Assembly (NCBI RefSeq): GCF_006345805.1
Contig: NC_042999.1
Location: 117,180,001 to 117,244,000, forward strand
Length of the DNA stretch: 64,000 nucleotides
Direction: 5' to 3'
Source: Octopus sinensis
Taxonomy: Eukaryota
The notes below the pieces were generated by a model that saw only the letters and a program-made list of their open reading frames with translations, did not search any database and was not told the DNA's origin. Every line of letters starts with the position of its first letter. The first letter of the stretch is position 1. Positions 38,557 to 54,520 of this stretch are shown here, piece by piece. A program made the translations under genes and the position numbers.

Positions 38557-41500
38557 GAAACAAAGTGCGAGTGAGAGAGAGAAAGTGAGAAAGAGTGAGA
38601 AAGAGAGAGGGATAATCCCATTTTATTGAAAGGTTTTTGAATAAAATAGTTTTAGAGTATTTTCTAACCAAATTAGGTTTTGCCGGAGAAAGAAAACCAC
38701 ATTTTACTAACCAGTTTTGCATTCATTCATCTTTTAAAGTTTTAAAGTGAGTTCTTCAATGCATTTTTAATAAATGATTTTATGTTTACACACAGGAACG
38801 TTTCAAAGTCCTGTTGCCTTACCGAATGGAGTGTGTTGCAAACACACATCGGGTGGAAGGACAAAGGGAGAGGATATTCTCTGAAAACGAAATATAACAG
38901 CAAGGACATATTCCCATTTGAATGTAGTGTAACGTATCGGGAATGAAAAAAAAGCGTCATTGTTTTAATTCGCAATGTTCTCTGTGGACATGATGCTTTA
39001 TTATCGTTTTATGTATTGTTTTTGATATGTGTTTATACGTAAAAGTAGCAATACCGTTCCAAATATGTTATACTGCGTGTCACCAACATGTTTTGTCAGA
39101 GGTTAACTATTAATGATGGTGAAATCTTTTCTTGTCGCGAAGAACAAGCTTAACCTATATCTCGCTGTTTTGGTAATGTTATAGATGCGTGTTGGCTATG
39201 GAAGACTACGAGAAATTTTGAAGGCTAATGAAATAATCAATAAATCCCTGAATTAACGTCTTTCTACTAAATTCATATATTTTCCGATTCTATGAAGTTG
39301 CAAATAGCTTTATGTAGTCCATTTTATCATTCAGCGAATCCTTTATTATAAATGTCAAAGCCCATAGATGTTTCTATCTTCCATTAAATCACATCAGTTT
39401 ACACGCATCCGAATGTTACAAGTTTCTTAAATTAGTACTTCTCTTGTTGCGTAAAGTTTACGTAGGTTAATTTATCGGCACATCTAACTTTTTAAATACA
39501 TGCCTTCAACAAGCCACTATTCACCTAAAAGCAGATTATTTTCTGTAATGTTAAACGGGATATGCTCGAATGAACTAATAGCATGCAAAAAGATAAGAAA
39601 ACTGGAAGTTACTACACGTAATAACTGATGAGAAAATATTTTTAGGATTTCATGACGCTAATCGCTGGAAAATTCCTTGAAAATTTAGACAAATTGATTC
39701 AAAAATTAAAGACTAAACAGGGGTGAGGGAATTTCTTGAAGGTATTGATTATCCTAGTACAAAAAAAGTTTGCCAATATTTCTTAGAGTTCCGCCAGAGT
39801 AACGGAAATTACTGCATCATTTAGAAATGGAATCTGCGAGGGCTTTAAAAAATTTAATGTCAATGCAAGAATTTCGATCAATTCGTAAATGGATTGAATC
39901 AAAGTAGTTAATGACATCCTCTATATTTAGTCTTCTTTTATCTTCTAGTCAGGAAAATGTAGTGCCTATGATCCTTGACACAGTTTGATGAAGGAGGAAA
40001 TTGCTTTCAAATCGAAGATGTAGCTCTTGCAACAGTGTGAACTCTGAAAGACACAGAAGATCAACATTTAGGAATAGGGCTTCTTTTACAAAAAATTAGG
40101 GACAGTGCAGGAATTTTGGTCGATTGATAAATGGATTGAGTCAAACAGGCTAATAGAATCTTTCAGATTTTCTACTTTAATATCTTTTAGCTAAGAGATG
40201 GTAGAACCCATGACTCTTTACTAGCCCACAGATATTGGTAAGGAGAAGGGAGAGAGGAAAGTACCCTCAAATTGAAGACCTGGCTCTAATGCTTGCAAAT
40301 GAGTGAATTCCGTTAAAGGCACCCAAGAGCCAGAAAGTGGCCTCAAACCAAGAAGCAGTTAATCTCCACGATAAAATATTGAACTTTTCCTTTCAACATA
40401 CATTTTGGTCAGAACATTTCTGCACACATCTTATGTTAGGCGTTATATCATAATAATGTTTACTTGAATACGTGCCTTAATTAATAGTAGCGACAGGAAA
40501 CTGACTTTTATTTTGATAGATGCTGTACAAAATCACTGTAAATTTCAAGTTAAATTTAAATAGTATTTTCTAGTTACTTCCTTTAGAAATCGTAATTTCG
40601 GTATTAATATAGTGAAAATGTATATATATTTAACTTAGTTAAAGAGTATACGCTCGAAGTGCTGCAGTAGGTGGTATGGAACACACATATACCTACGTAC
40701 TAATACAAGCTCACAGTTTCACATAAACACATACACACATGTACGCATGTAGAGTTCAGAATATTATGGTATCACAGAAACCGAAATATCTATCAGAAAT
40801 AGAATATTGTTAAGCAAAATCTGTCTTCATAATTGAAAGGTGTACATGAGCGATTATTGATATTATTTTTATATATCACCATAGTAACGTGATTTCAATA
40901 CATAATATAGGTACAGCAGAAAAGATACGTACATACATCAGAAGTACTAGTATCACAAGCAACAGCTTTACTGCTTCCTCCATAAAAGCGCGTGGCTAGT
41001 AGTTAGGGAGTTGCATGCACGATCGCTAGATCATGAGTTCAATTCTCTGACCGAGTGGCATGTTGGATTCTTGAGCAAAACACTTCATTTCATGTTGCTA
41101 TAGTGCTGTGTGGAAACCGGCATTTCAAAGAATTGACCCAACATTTCCTCTGCATATAGCAAAAGGCGACTAGAGGAGGTTGAGGTACGATTGTGTACTC
41201 CGACTTCGTAAAAACCTCACCAGCAACGACTACTCAAACATACCTATGGGCTGGAGGGCAGTAACCTAAGTGGTGAAAAGGTGTCATCCGCCAGGAGTAG
41301 GGAATACAACAAATTGTTGCTGCAGTGATGCGCTGTTACAGTACATGCTCTCCTCCTCCTCCTCCTCCTCCTACTACTACTACTACTACAATATAAACAT
41401 TCCATCGATCTGCTTTCCTATGATTTGTATATGTTTCACCGTGGAGTGCCAAAAGTTTGAATCGGCTCCGTTGCTTTCATCAATCGATTTAAACGATATG

Positions 41501-41696
41501 AACCACTTTTTTACTTTGTTGTTTTAATTTATCGAAAATTTGGATTAGCTGATATTAGAGCTATGTTCCTTCTATTTTGAAATTTTAATCACTTCCTTCG
41601 AGGGGAATTTTTATATTCTAATTGCAAGAACACTCCCATTAATCGAAATTTTTCAAATGAGCATACAATATGCCTGAAGCTTTGCCTGATTATATA

Positions 41697-42527
41697 TTGG
41701 GTCGAAAAGAGGTATAAAAAAACTGCATTATTTATGGGATCCATAAATAATGCAGTTTTTTTTATACTTCTTTTATTTTTCATAATTAAGATAAACGGAG
41801 TTCTTTTTAAATCTAAAATATACTCTCCTTCATTTTCTACAATGCTCTTCCATCTATCTAAGAGACTTGCAAGGCCTTTCTTCCAAAATTCACTTGTCCG
41901 TGAGGAATAATACTTCTCCAGTACTGTTCTGACCTCGTCTACAAAATTCCTATTTTTTCCGTCCAAACGATTTTGAAAACTACAGAATAAATGATGATGT
42001 CCGGCGAATATGGTGGGTGGGGCATCGTTTCTCATTCAAACTGCTCCAGCCTTTGGAATGTCATTCCTGCTGTATATGGCCGAGCATTATCCTGTTGGAA
42101 GAACAACTTTTGTCTTGAAACCAAAAATTGTCGTTTTTCTTCTAGCGCTGACTTAAATGACTCGTTGAATGACTAAATCCAAGCTTCTCTGCTAGTTCCT
42201 CAGCAGTTACACTGGGATTTTGTTCCACCAGGGTTTGCAGGACGTCTTCGCCGAGCTCTACAGATCTTCCGAGACGAAGCTCGTCTTCTAGGCTGTAGTT
42301 TTCGGCTCAGAATTTCTAGAATATGCTCCTTTGTCACTTACATTAAAGCTTTGAAAAATAACAGTTGAAATCGAACTGCACTCTTCAAAATTTGCCCTAA
42401 GAATAAGACCAAATAAAATTTCTACCTGCTTTCATAGCAAGTTGATGCAGGTAGTGTATTCCGTCCCTCTCCGACTTTTAGTTCATGCATTTGAAAAAAA
42501 AAACGCATTACTTATGGGATGACCCAA
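41697..42527 (-). mobile_element. Internally deleted mariner (Tc1/mariner) element
   Basis: TIRs ttgggtc..cccataa.taatgc.ttttt flanked by TA at 41695-96 and 42528-29. Transposase remnants are SLEDELRLGR...EELAEKLG, QDNARP, HPPYSPD and RW.SIVENEGEYILD. Confidence 0.92.
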
Positions 42528-42580
42528 TATTCACTGGCTTTGTGACAAAATTAGAAAGAATACACACGCATACACACACA

Positions 42581-42645
<65 letters not shown>

Positions 42646-43196
42646 TATATATTTAATAGGCACGTGAGAGCAGGGTCGTGAATTAAGTAAACTTTTAGGT
42701 AAATTTAGAACATATTTGACCTGCAAAAACACCATTTTTCTGTGGTTTGCTGGGAAGAAAATTCTCACCTTTTGTATTATGTGTTAAAACACCAACAGTC
42801 ATTTCAGTGCACTCTCTGTGGAGCAATGAACGCACTTCATTAGCAACCTTTATCATTAGCATCGGTACAATGAAAGACAACCCTGAAATGATTTTAGAAG
42901 TCATAGCTTTCTTATAGAAAATCAGTAGAAGCAATCCTACGTGCGACGCCGCCAGGCTGGAACAACATATGTAGACGTCACGCGAAAGAAGTGTTGTGAA
43001 TTAAACAAATCTTTAGGTCAGTTCAAGAGTATTTGGGACATATTTGATCTGTAAAAAAAGACCATTTTCACTGCGGTTTGCCGCAGAATGAATACATGCT
43101 TTAGGCAACAAGTGTTAATCATTTTAGGGCTCCATCATTTCAGAGTTCTCTTTCTTGGTATTTGATGCCTGGTATTTGATGCCTGGATTAACTATA

Positions 43197-43588
43197 TCTT
43201 TATATATAAAAGTCAAGTTGTGTGTCTGTCTCCTACGATTTAGATTCCTAACTACTCCCACATTTTGCGGTGCAGTTTAACCAAAACCGGGTATCTTATA
43301 GTCGTGATTCATATCGAGCCCTTTTGGGTATTAACGCGCGTCTACGATGAGTCAACGATTTAAAAAAAAATTTACCATCAATTTTTCCTATTTTAATGCA
43401 TTTTTGGCATATATAAGGGAAGTAACTCTCTAAAAGTTTATTATTAAATCTCAGAACGTAAAAAGCTACAGTAACACCCCGCCTTTGTGGTTAGCCATAT
43501 TGAGATGGCTATTATACTTTACATCTCTAAATATGCTTATATAGTTATTTCCATTACAAACCCGAGCAACGCCGGGCGATACTGCTAG
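43197..43588 (+). mobile_element. Non-autonomous Helitron (392 bp)
   Basis: A|TCTTTATATATAAAAG 5' end, hairpin CCCGAGCAACGCCGGG at 43561-43576, and CTAG|T 3' end. Confidence 0.88.
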
Positions 43589-43695
43589 TATATATATATA
43601 TGTACAAAGTAAATAAATGGCACAACGAAGTACCGATATTTACTGGCTATTCTTTACTGGAAAGCAATACTCTAGTATTGCATTACTAATTTATA

Positions 43696-43756
<61 letters not shown>

Positions 43757-43944
43757 TAGATAAGAAAGTTTGTTTGGTAAAGCACGTGGGTGAATATATA
43801 AGAAAATAGTAAAGTGTGAAAAAACGACAGAAGGCTTAAATATTAAAAAATATATATATTTGTGTCAAAATGTCTGGAGAATATTGCAAAAATTTTTTTT
43901 TTTTTTTTCTTTTCCTTAAAATGACATAATTTAAAAAATTTTTA

Positions 43945-43984
43945 AAGAAATTACCGGTTTCGCGTGTAGCTTTTCAAATTTCTT
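43945..43984 (-). ncRNA. Minimal hammerhead ribozyme, U3-A8 core variant (pLTR 1)
   Basis: AAGAAAU-UUGAAAA-GC(UACAC)GC-GAAA-CCGG-UA-AUUUCUU, with a 7-bp stem I and palindromic stem III. Confidence 0.75.
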
Positions 43985-46900
43985 GTGACGTTATGTTTAT
44001 ATTGCATGGAATTATCGTTGTTTTTATTTCCAGGAGATTTCTAAATAAGGGGAGGTAGTGAGTGATTTTTTCCGGTGTAGGGGAGATAATCGCTTAAAAA
44101 TTTTTTTTCCCTTTTCCTTGTTAATTTCTCTGTGTCAGTATGTTCGGATGGTTGAGTCTGGGTTTGTACTTTTCAATGAAGAATGTTTCCTTGTTCAGTC
44201 TCATTTGCGTTGATGATCCGAAAGCACATTGGTAAAATGGGAAGATTAAAAATTGTGGCAGTAGTTGCTTTGCGCATTTCTCAATGTGCTCACTAAAAGG
44301 TATCATTCTATATTCTGGGAATGCAATCTGTTGTCGATGCAGTGTGCATCTGCGCCTGAGTGATAGTCCCGTGGAACCCACGTAGTCTTGGTGGCAGCCC
44401 GAAAATTTAATAACATAAATTATGTTTTCAGAGGCACAAGTAAAGTTAGATTTGATCTTAAATTTCTGTCCCTCTTTAAAGAAGAATTCTGATCCTTCCA
44501 ATAGGTTAGGACATGTTGCACAGTTCGATCTACCACATTTTTTTACTTTTGCATCCGTAATTTTAGAAGACAATTTTGCCTTTGTATATTTGGGTTTATG
44601 CTGTTCAATAGGTTTTTAAATTTTAGGAGTTTATCTATGTTTTCATTCCAGAGAATGAAACAATCGTCTAGGAATCGTTTCCAATTCTCTTTTATGTATT
44701 GAGAGAGGGAGTTTCCAAAGATTGATAGAGATTCCTGGTAAATGATTATTTCCATGTATCCCATTGTTAAGTTCGCAATGACTGGTGCTGCCCTTGTACC
44801 CATAGCAATTCCGGATTTTTGACGGTAAAATGTATTGTCAAACATGAAGTGGTTATTGTGTAGGATGAATTCAATTGATTTAGTAATGAATTCCTTACTG
44901 ATCCTTTTTGGTATTTCTTCCGGAAATTGGTCTAACCAGAATTGTATTGCCTCCAGTCCATAATTATGAGGTATACTGGTATAAAGTTGACTACATCAAA
45001 TGAAACCAGGATTGTTTCTTCCTTGGTTTTTTTTGGGAGGTGGTTTAACATATCTAAGTCATCTCTGATATGGCTATCGATATGTTTAAGGAATGGTTTC
45101 AAGAGGATGTCCATAAGTAGACTTAGTCTGTGTGTTTCACAGGTTGGGCCAGCTACAATGGGTCGTAGTTTTAGGTCCCCCGGATTAGGTGTGTGTATGT
45201 ATGTCTTTGGTGATTTTTTAATGGTTTCATTTATAATTTGACTTTTATGAATTTTTGGCAGACCATAGAAAAGGCTAGGTTTGCATTTAAAGTTTGTTAG
45301 GAAATCAATCTCTTTGGTTGTCAGTTCCTTTTCATGGGTTTTAATTAGTGAAGATAGAGTTTTCATTATTTTTTGTGGGGTGTAGTTGGTAATTTTTTCA
45401 TAATGTAGGTCTTCATCAAGCAAGGAAATTACAAGATTTCTGTAGTATGATGTATCCATTATTACAACTGCATTTCCCTTGTCCGCTTCCTTAATGGTTA
45501 TATCTTCATCATTTTGGAGTTCTATCAGTTCTTTCCATTGTGTAGTGTTAAAATTTGGGTTAGCTTTCTGTTTATGTATAGTATGGTAGGGGAAGTTCTC
45601 AATGTGGTTACAGAATTCGTCAAGATCTTTATTTCTTCCTCTGTGTGGGATGTGTTCACTTTTGTTCTTGACTAGTGATTCATCTTCAGTATTGAAACTG
45701 TTTGATGCTTCTGCTAGTCTTAATTTTCTGCAAAATTCTGTTATATTATCCTTGAGTTCATTTAGGTTTGCTCTGCGTGGAGTTGGTGTAAATTTGAGCC
45801 CTTTTGCGAGGATGTCAATTTTTATGTTAGAAAGAGGTTTGGTTGAAAGATTGATTATCTTCGGTTTTTCCTTATTACTAGGTTCCAGCCTGTGTCCTGG
45901 TGTCCCTGGTCCCTGGCTAAAAAATGTTGGGTGTATTTTGTTTGTATGAGTTGTCTGTGAGGTTGTGTGGTATTTGGTCGGGGGAGTGGTGGTATTGTTG
46001 CCTCCGATCGTTGTGTGTGTGTGGAATCTATGGTTGTTAATGCTTGTGGTGTGTGTAAAATTTCTGTATGGGGAATATTTTTGTTTCGAACTTCTTGTAT
46101 GTGGGATGTTGCTTGACATAGTGTTTCTTTGCGTTTGTCTTGTGTTTAGTGGGGACCAGTAGTTTTGGTTCATGGGGTAGTAGTGATTTGTGTGTGGTGT
46201 ATTTCTTATCCTAGTGTCGTATTGTGCTGTATGGTGGTTGGGTCTGGTATTAGGATGTTGTTGGTTTGTTCTGTTTTTGGTGTAATTTCTTTCATAGACG
46301 CGTCCTCTTTCAGCTAGTTCCCTGTTAGGTCTAGCGTGGTTTGTAAAGGTTGGTTGTGGGTGATTTCTGTTTTTAGTGTATGGAGGATAGTTGGGGGTTG
46401 TTCGTGGGTTGTTAGGTTTTTCTTTTTTATTTATTGTAATTTTCTTAAGGAAGGGATTATTTGTACCCAATTCATTTTTGAAGGTTTCACTATATTTTTG
46501 GAAGAAGTCCATGTTTTTCTCCCAGCGTAGGAGAGAATTTCTCTCTTCTCTCTCACAGGAATCCTTCCAGTGATCCAATGTATTATCGAGGGGTTGTCCC
46601 TCGGTATATTTTAGTATTAGATTGTGCATCTCCTCGTCTATGCTTTTAAGTTTTTCTTCATTTGTGGAGGCCCTGAGTCTTAGAAGCTCTATTTCTGATT
46701 TAAAATTGAACAGAGCTGACTTTTCTCTAATAGATCTCTGTCCGTCAGGCTCGTTAGGAATTAATTTTATCTGGAATTTGCGTGGGAGGATAATTGGTGT
46801 TGAGTTTATCCATCCCTCGTAGATATCTGCTTTGTTGGAATTTTTTATCATGTTCCAGAAGGTGAGTTTTCTGTTGTGCAGGTTTGTATTCCAAACGTTT

Positions 46901-47424
46901 CCTATTTTTCTTTTTGTTGGGTTGGTTTGGGTGCGTATGGTGTCCTGCTGTGTTTCATTAGGTGCCTGTGTATTATTTTCGGATTTGTTGATGAAAATTG
47001 AGTTCAGTGTTGTCTATAACAGTTGTAGATCCTTACTCACCTGGTCAGTGTAACGGGTTGCATCTTCATTGCTTTTACTTTCCCGGGCGAGTAAGTTTGA
47101 TTCCTCGATTTTGTTGTTCAGGTTAAGAAGCTGTGAATTAATATTTTTCAGTTCTTTGAGTATGTCCTCATTTAAGGTTTTGTCCGAGGTGTTTGACTTC
47201 TGTGGCATTTTCGTTCTCACGTGTTTAATATATAGATAAGAAAGTTTGTTTGGTAAAGCACGTGGGTGAATATATAAGAAAATAGTAAAGTGTGAAAAAA
47301 CGACAGAAGGCTTAAATGTTAAAAAATATATATATTTGTGTCAAAATGTCTGGAGAATATTGGAAAAATTTTTTTTTTTTTTTTTTTTCCTTTCCTTAAA
47401 ATGACATAATTTAAAAAAATTTTA

Positions 47425-47464
47425 AAGAAATTACCGGTTTCGCGTGTAGCTTTTCAAATTTCTT
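47425..47464 (-). ncRNA. Minimal hammerhead ribozyme, U3-A8 core variant (pLTR 2)
   Basis: Identical 40-nt motif. Confidence 0.75.
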
Positions 47465-47860
47465 GTGACGTTATGTTTATATTGCATGGAATTATCGTTG
47501 TTTTTATTTCCAGGAGATTTCTAAATAAGGGGAGGTAGTGAGTGATTTTTTCCGGTGTAGGGGAGATAATCGCTTAAAAATTTTTTTTTCCCTTTTCCTT
47601 GTTAATTTCTCTGTGTCAGTATGTTCGGATGGTTGAGTCTGGGTTTGTACTTTGCAATGAAGAATGTTTCCTTGTTCAGTCTCATTTGTGTTGATGATCC
47701 GAAAGCACATTGGTAAAATGGGAAGATTAAAAATTGTGGCAGTAGTTGCTTTGCGCATTTCTCAATGTGCTCACTAAAAGGTATCATTCTATATTCTGGG
47801 AATGCAATCTGTTGTCGATGCAGTGTGCATCTGCGCCTGTCGATGCAGTGTGCATCTGCG

Positions 47861-49908
<2,048 letters not shown>

Positions 49909-50518
49909 CATGCAGTGGCATACATATATCCACAACTCACACACATTATAAACATATGTAATATGATGCTGTACACACATACACACACACATACGCACGA
50001 TTCAATATATGTATTTTATATATAATATTATACAAAATAATATACTACAATATAATCTTTAGATTTTAGGTTATCCTTTTGTACTTAGTATTCGATGGTG
50101 CACATAATGAGTCGAACTGAAATGCATAATTTATTATAAAAATCAATAAATTTCATCATCTTTTTGAGTAAAAAGAAATAGAAGTACATAGAAATGCACA
50201 AAGGAAACGTATTATATACGATGTAATCGGAGAATAAATATACACGAAACGAATTACAGAATACTATTGGTTACTGTAGATGTATCTTCGAGAAATATGA
50301 ATACACACAAAACAAAGACGTGTCATTGACCATTGTAGGAGAGAGTGCAGATATCGAAACAATTCTGATACATCTCCCGTGGAGCTGCGTAAGGAAGATA
50401 CAACTTGCTGAAAGTTTTCTATTGTTAAGTAAAAACTTTGATAAGTAATAACTATTCTCAACACTCGATAATATATATTAGAAAACTTGTGAAATCTTTA
50501 TATACATACATACGAACA

Positions 50519-50549
<31 letters not shown>

Positions 50550-50944
50550 CATACATACATACATACATACATACATACATACATACATACATAGCCTTCA
50601 AGCAATGTTATCGCTTGATTGTTCTCTTAAAGTAGTACGGATGTAGCTTTTCAGACTCTGGGGACCTAGACCTCTTTTCAAAGATGTGGCAAAATTGGGT
50701 GTCTTTTGCAACAAATGTTCTACATGCCTACGCTGACTGGTGCTTTCCTTCCATTATGGAATTTTTCAGTGAGTGTTTTTACTTTTTTGATCACAGACAG
50801 CCATAATATGCAACACATAATAGAGATGTAAAAAGGCAAGCAATGTCTGCGCCTGAAGCTTTTTGAAGCGACGAAAGGCCATGCATAGAGGTAATCTCAC
50901 TCATTAAATAACATATGCATTTGCTTAATGCGAAGAACTAATGT

Positions 50945-51292
50945 GAAGGCGCATGGCTCAGTGGTTAGAGCGTCGAGCTTACGATCGTGAGGTTGTGAGT
51001 TCGAATCTCGGACCAGGCTGCGTGTTGTGTTTTTGAGCAAGACACTTTACTTCACATTTCTCTAATTCACTCATCTGTAGAAATGAGTTGCGACATCACT
51101 GGTGCCAAGCTATATCGGCCTTTGCCTTTCCCTTGGATAACATCGGTGGCGTGGAGAGGGGAGGCCGGTATGTATGGGCGACTGCTGGTCATCCATAAAC
51201 AACCTTGCCCAGACTTATGCCTGGGAGGGTAACTTTCTAGGTGCGATCCCAGGGTCAGTCATGACCGAAGGGGGTCTCAACAACAACAATCT
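50945..51292 (+). mobile_element. Full-length tRNA-derived SINE
   Basis: A box TGGCTCAGTGG, B box GAGTTCGAATC, ttgagcaagacacttt core and (CAA)n tail. Related copies lie at 7680-7910 and 18000-18490. Confidence 0.88.
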
Positions 51293-52814
51293 ACATCACT
51301 GGATGCAAACGAAGTTGCAGGGGTTAAATCACAGATTTCTTTCTCATAGAGCGATGTCCAAACAGAGACTACGAGGATTCTCTAATTCTCAGCTGTTGGA
51401 TGACTATTGAGTGTTATGAGTTAGTCCACCCTCTGACTAGGCTTTTTTTTCATCCTGCAAGGTGTCCAACAAATACCATTCCCCTTGCGAAGCCTGCTTC
51501 GTACGCAATTAGAAACCTCACAATGTGCTCGAAATGTTATGATATTTTAATTTTGCAATTTTATGAGTGTCACAAAACCGAATTTCTAACATATTACACT
51601 CGTTATTTGCAGTTCTGAAAATCAGACTCGTATGCATGACTTATGGATATAAATATGATAGATTGTAAACACGAGCAATGAGATTCTTCAGAAAAAAATT
51701 AGCTTTCGTGTGTTTGGTTTTGTATAGAACTTTACCAAAACATAATTAAACAACAGAAACAACAGCAGCAACAACATTCTAATGATTAAAGTAAACTTTA
51801 TATTAGGTGGAGTTTGATATTTCCTGACTATTAAACCGATATATCGTGTCTCTAAAACTCGGAATAGACGAATGTCGAAAAGCTTTGGTTAGATGAAATA
51901 CTTTTAAGTAAGACATATCAGAACGTATATAATGTCAAATTAGAAATTACATGCAGAATGAAATTTCAGTTGTAGGCAAATAATTAATAGTAAAATAAAA
52001 TCAAGAGCCAAACGTAAACCATACATCGCTAACTGAAAGCCTAATTATTTAGTCTAGAGCAGTATTCTCTGTAATATTGTTGCCATTTCAGAAACGAGTT
52101 GAAAACTTCCAAAATTCTACCAAAAATTATCTTCCAGCAGTGCTAATCAGTAGATTCTACCTATAGTATTTATGTGAGGTAAATCAATGTTGATTACGGG
52201 ACAAGCTATGCTGCACCTTACTTAGAAGTGGAAGGTCAAACGTTTTGAATACTTTCATAATATAAAATCAACGGAATGTTTACATGAGAAATGGTTAGGT
52301 AACCATTTCATACAATATGTGTAAGAGTTTGATGTTCTAAGTGATATGATTTATTCTCATGTATAAAATATTTAAGTTTGCATCATTTCCATTTCAAGGG
52401 CATCGAATCTTTGGAGTGAAATAGCCGCAGGAAAAAATTATGGCATTAGTAAAAGAGAATATGAAACTGTATAGAAAATTCTACTAATAGTTTCATCAGA
52501 AAGAAAATTTCGTCCACGTCATTCGCGTTTTTAGAAAAGAGTAGCGAAAATATACACTATAAGAAATCTTCTACTACTACTCGCTTCTAATTAAGAAATT
52601 AAGAATCTAATTAAGAAATTCATCTTATTATATTAGATTCAGGGTTTAAAACCCGCTTTTGTCATACTTCTGTGAGTAAAATGCTGATTCTTTGCCTCCA
52701 AACAGTCACAAACCAGTACAATTATTTGATATTTTGAATAACATAGCTAGAAATACTAATATTTGTTATAATTGTGTAAGCAGTAAAGTATTAATGTTAA
52801 GTAATAACAACTCT

Positions 52815-53345
52815 GTATGTACGACATTAAAACCCTTAAGATCCTGATATCAATAGGAAATTTATGCAGAAACAGTGATATCGACAGGCTATGTCGTAGA
52901 AGAGATGAAGGCGGTAGAGGTTTGAGATCAGTACAGACAACTTTCGAATGCTGGGCAGTATCTCTCAGACTAAACATCATCAAAAATAAATGCATATACC
53001 TAGTGCTGAAAAGCGAAGAGAACAACATCCTACGTGTTGGTAGCAAACTCCTTAGGATGCACTCTCTTCCTGACTACTTTCCATACAATTTCTAAATAGT
53101 TACACTAACATACCCCAAAGAAAACTTGAATGTGACACGCTCAGCATACCTAAAAATGAGCCCAAAAATGACTATGTAAGGGTATGCTTCTTGGAGACTT
53201 GAAGAGACGACAGTATTATCAGCATGAAGTGCAGCCTCGTATCTTGGAATCGTGACCACTACATCACGTCACACTTCGAAGGCTATGCATTTGCAAACCA
53301 AGAACAAGAAATCGCTACAAAATATCTAATATGCAGAAAAGACAG
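52815..53345 (+). mobile_element. Dong/R4-type (RLE) LINE fragment, post-RT region
   Basis: NSDIDRLCRRRDEGGRGLRSVQ and ITSHFEGYAFANQEQEIATKYL are homologous to the element at 62.4-64.0 kb. Confidence 0.75.
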
Positions 53346-54428
53346 TGAAGCCCTTGAAACACCAAGATACAACTGAAGTGGAAAAGGTATTGACTAACGT
53401 CAATATTCCTGTGGAAAAGGCATTGACTAACGTTAATATAAAGAATTTTGGAGGAACATTTCCATCAAAACTTCTACGAAGTGCAAACGTAACAGACTCG
53501 TTATTGTTGTTTAGGACAGAAAGAAAAAATATGTGCCGTCACAGAAATTCTTTGGTCAGCTGTTGTGAATATATCTTCGGAAATCAAAGAGAAAGAGGAT
53601 GACTACGGACAAGTGTTTCGAAACATCTAGCTTCTATTTCCAGATTTTAAATTCCCATTAATACCAATAATAATTGGTGCAATCTGAATAAGTTTGAATT
53701 TGCAGAGAAAGAAATCAACCAGTTAACACAGTTAACTTGAAATCAACAAGTTGATTTGAAAATATTATGTATTTCTTATCTCAATATTCTTTAATTCTCT
53801 TCATGTAGCATATCGAGGAATCTTCCCTAGCCTTTCTGTCTTGGTTCAGCTCGAAAGTCCACTGGAATTTTATTTCATAGTTTCGCGATCTGCGATAGCT
53901 AACTCCGGGTTCTTTGGTCGCCATGGTGTATGTAAAGTAATTTTCCACGTGGTTTGTATTTCAGTTTGACTACTGCTACGATCTTTTCAAAAAGCGTTTA
54001 TTTCTTTGTATTTACTCAAAGAAGATAATAATTTCTTTTATCAGGTTTGTATGAATGGCAATGATTAGAGGGGAGAGTATTCATTATCCAGGAGAATGAA
54101 TAGTCATCTATGCCAACGAGTCTGTATTCGGCGTTTCTCTCTCTCTCTTATTACATACACGCACACACACATACACAAATGTATGTATATGGAATATCGG
54201 TCGGTTTTGACGATGAGAATTCAATTGATTTATCTGTTTATTAAATTATCTAGTAAACGGTTGACAATTCCATAGACATGTGCCTTATATTAACTCTCAG
54301 GTAGAATCGGTGTGACAGTGTGTGATAAGGCTGTACCTTTGAATTAGAGGTTTCATCATTAAAATGGGTTTCCATACACTTTTCACTCATAAAGCACGAG
54401 ACGAGACAAATATAAGGCCAGTACACAC

Positions 54429-54520
<92 letters not shown>

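Larger units (their letters stand above)
43757..47838 (-). mobile_element. Penelope-like element (Neptune-like), tandem pLTR-ORF-pLTR unit
   Basis: The ORF runs from ATG 47208 to TAA 44121, with one in-frame TAG (47014-16), a 1-nt deletion (about 44983) and a 526-nt deletion (about 44584). It contains FTPTP, YGLPKIHK...LRPIVA, VSFDV, WKRFLDD, a KCGRSNCATC linker and IIYVIK..GC.QDYVG. About 600-bp terminal direct repeats lie at 43757-44357 and 47233-47838. Confidence 0.95.

Noticed and set aside
39550-40100. Possible DNA-transposon coding relic
   Set aside because: Too degenerate to assign by eye.
47014-47016. In-frame stop in the PLE ORF as selenocysteine or programmed readthrough
   Set aside because: The codon is TAG, not TGA, and the same copy has other inactivating lesions. 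A simple nonsense mutation is more parsimonious.
50945-51020. tRNA gene
   Set aside because: The tRNA-like head runs into a multi-copy SINE body and lacks a complete cloverleaf and terminator. The same applies to 24000-24058, 18000-18070 and 7685-7750.
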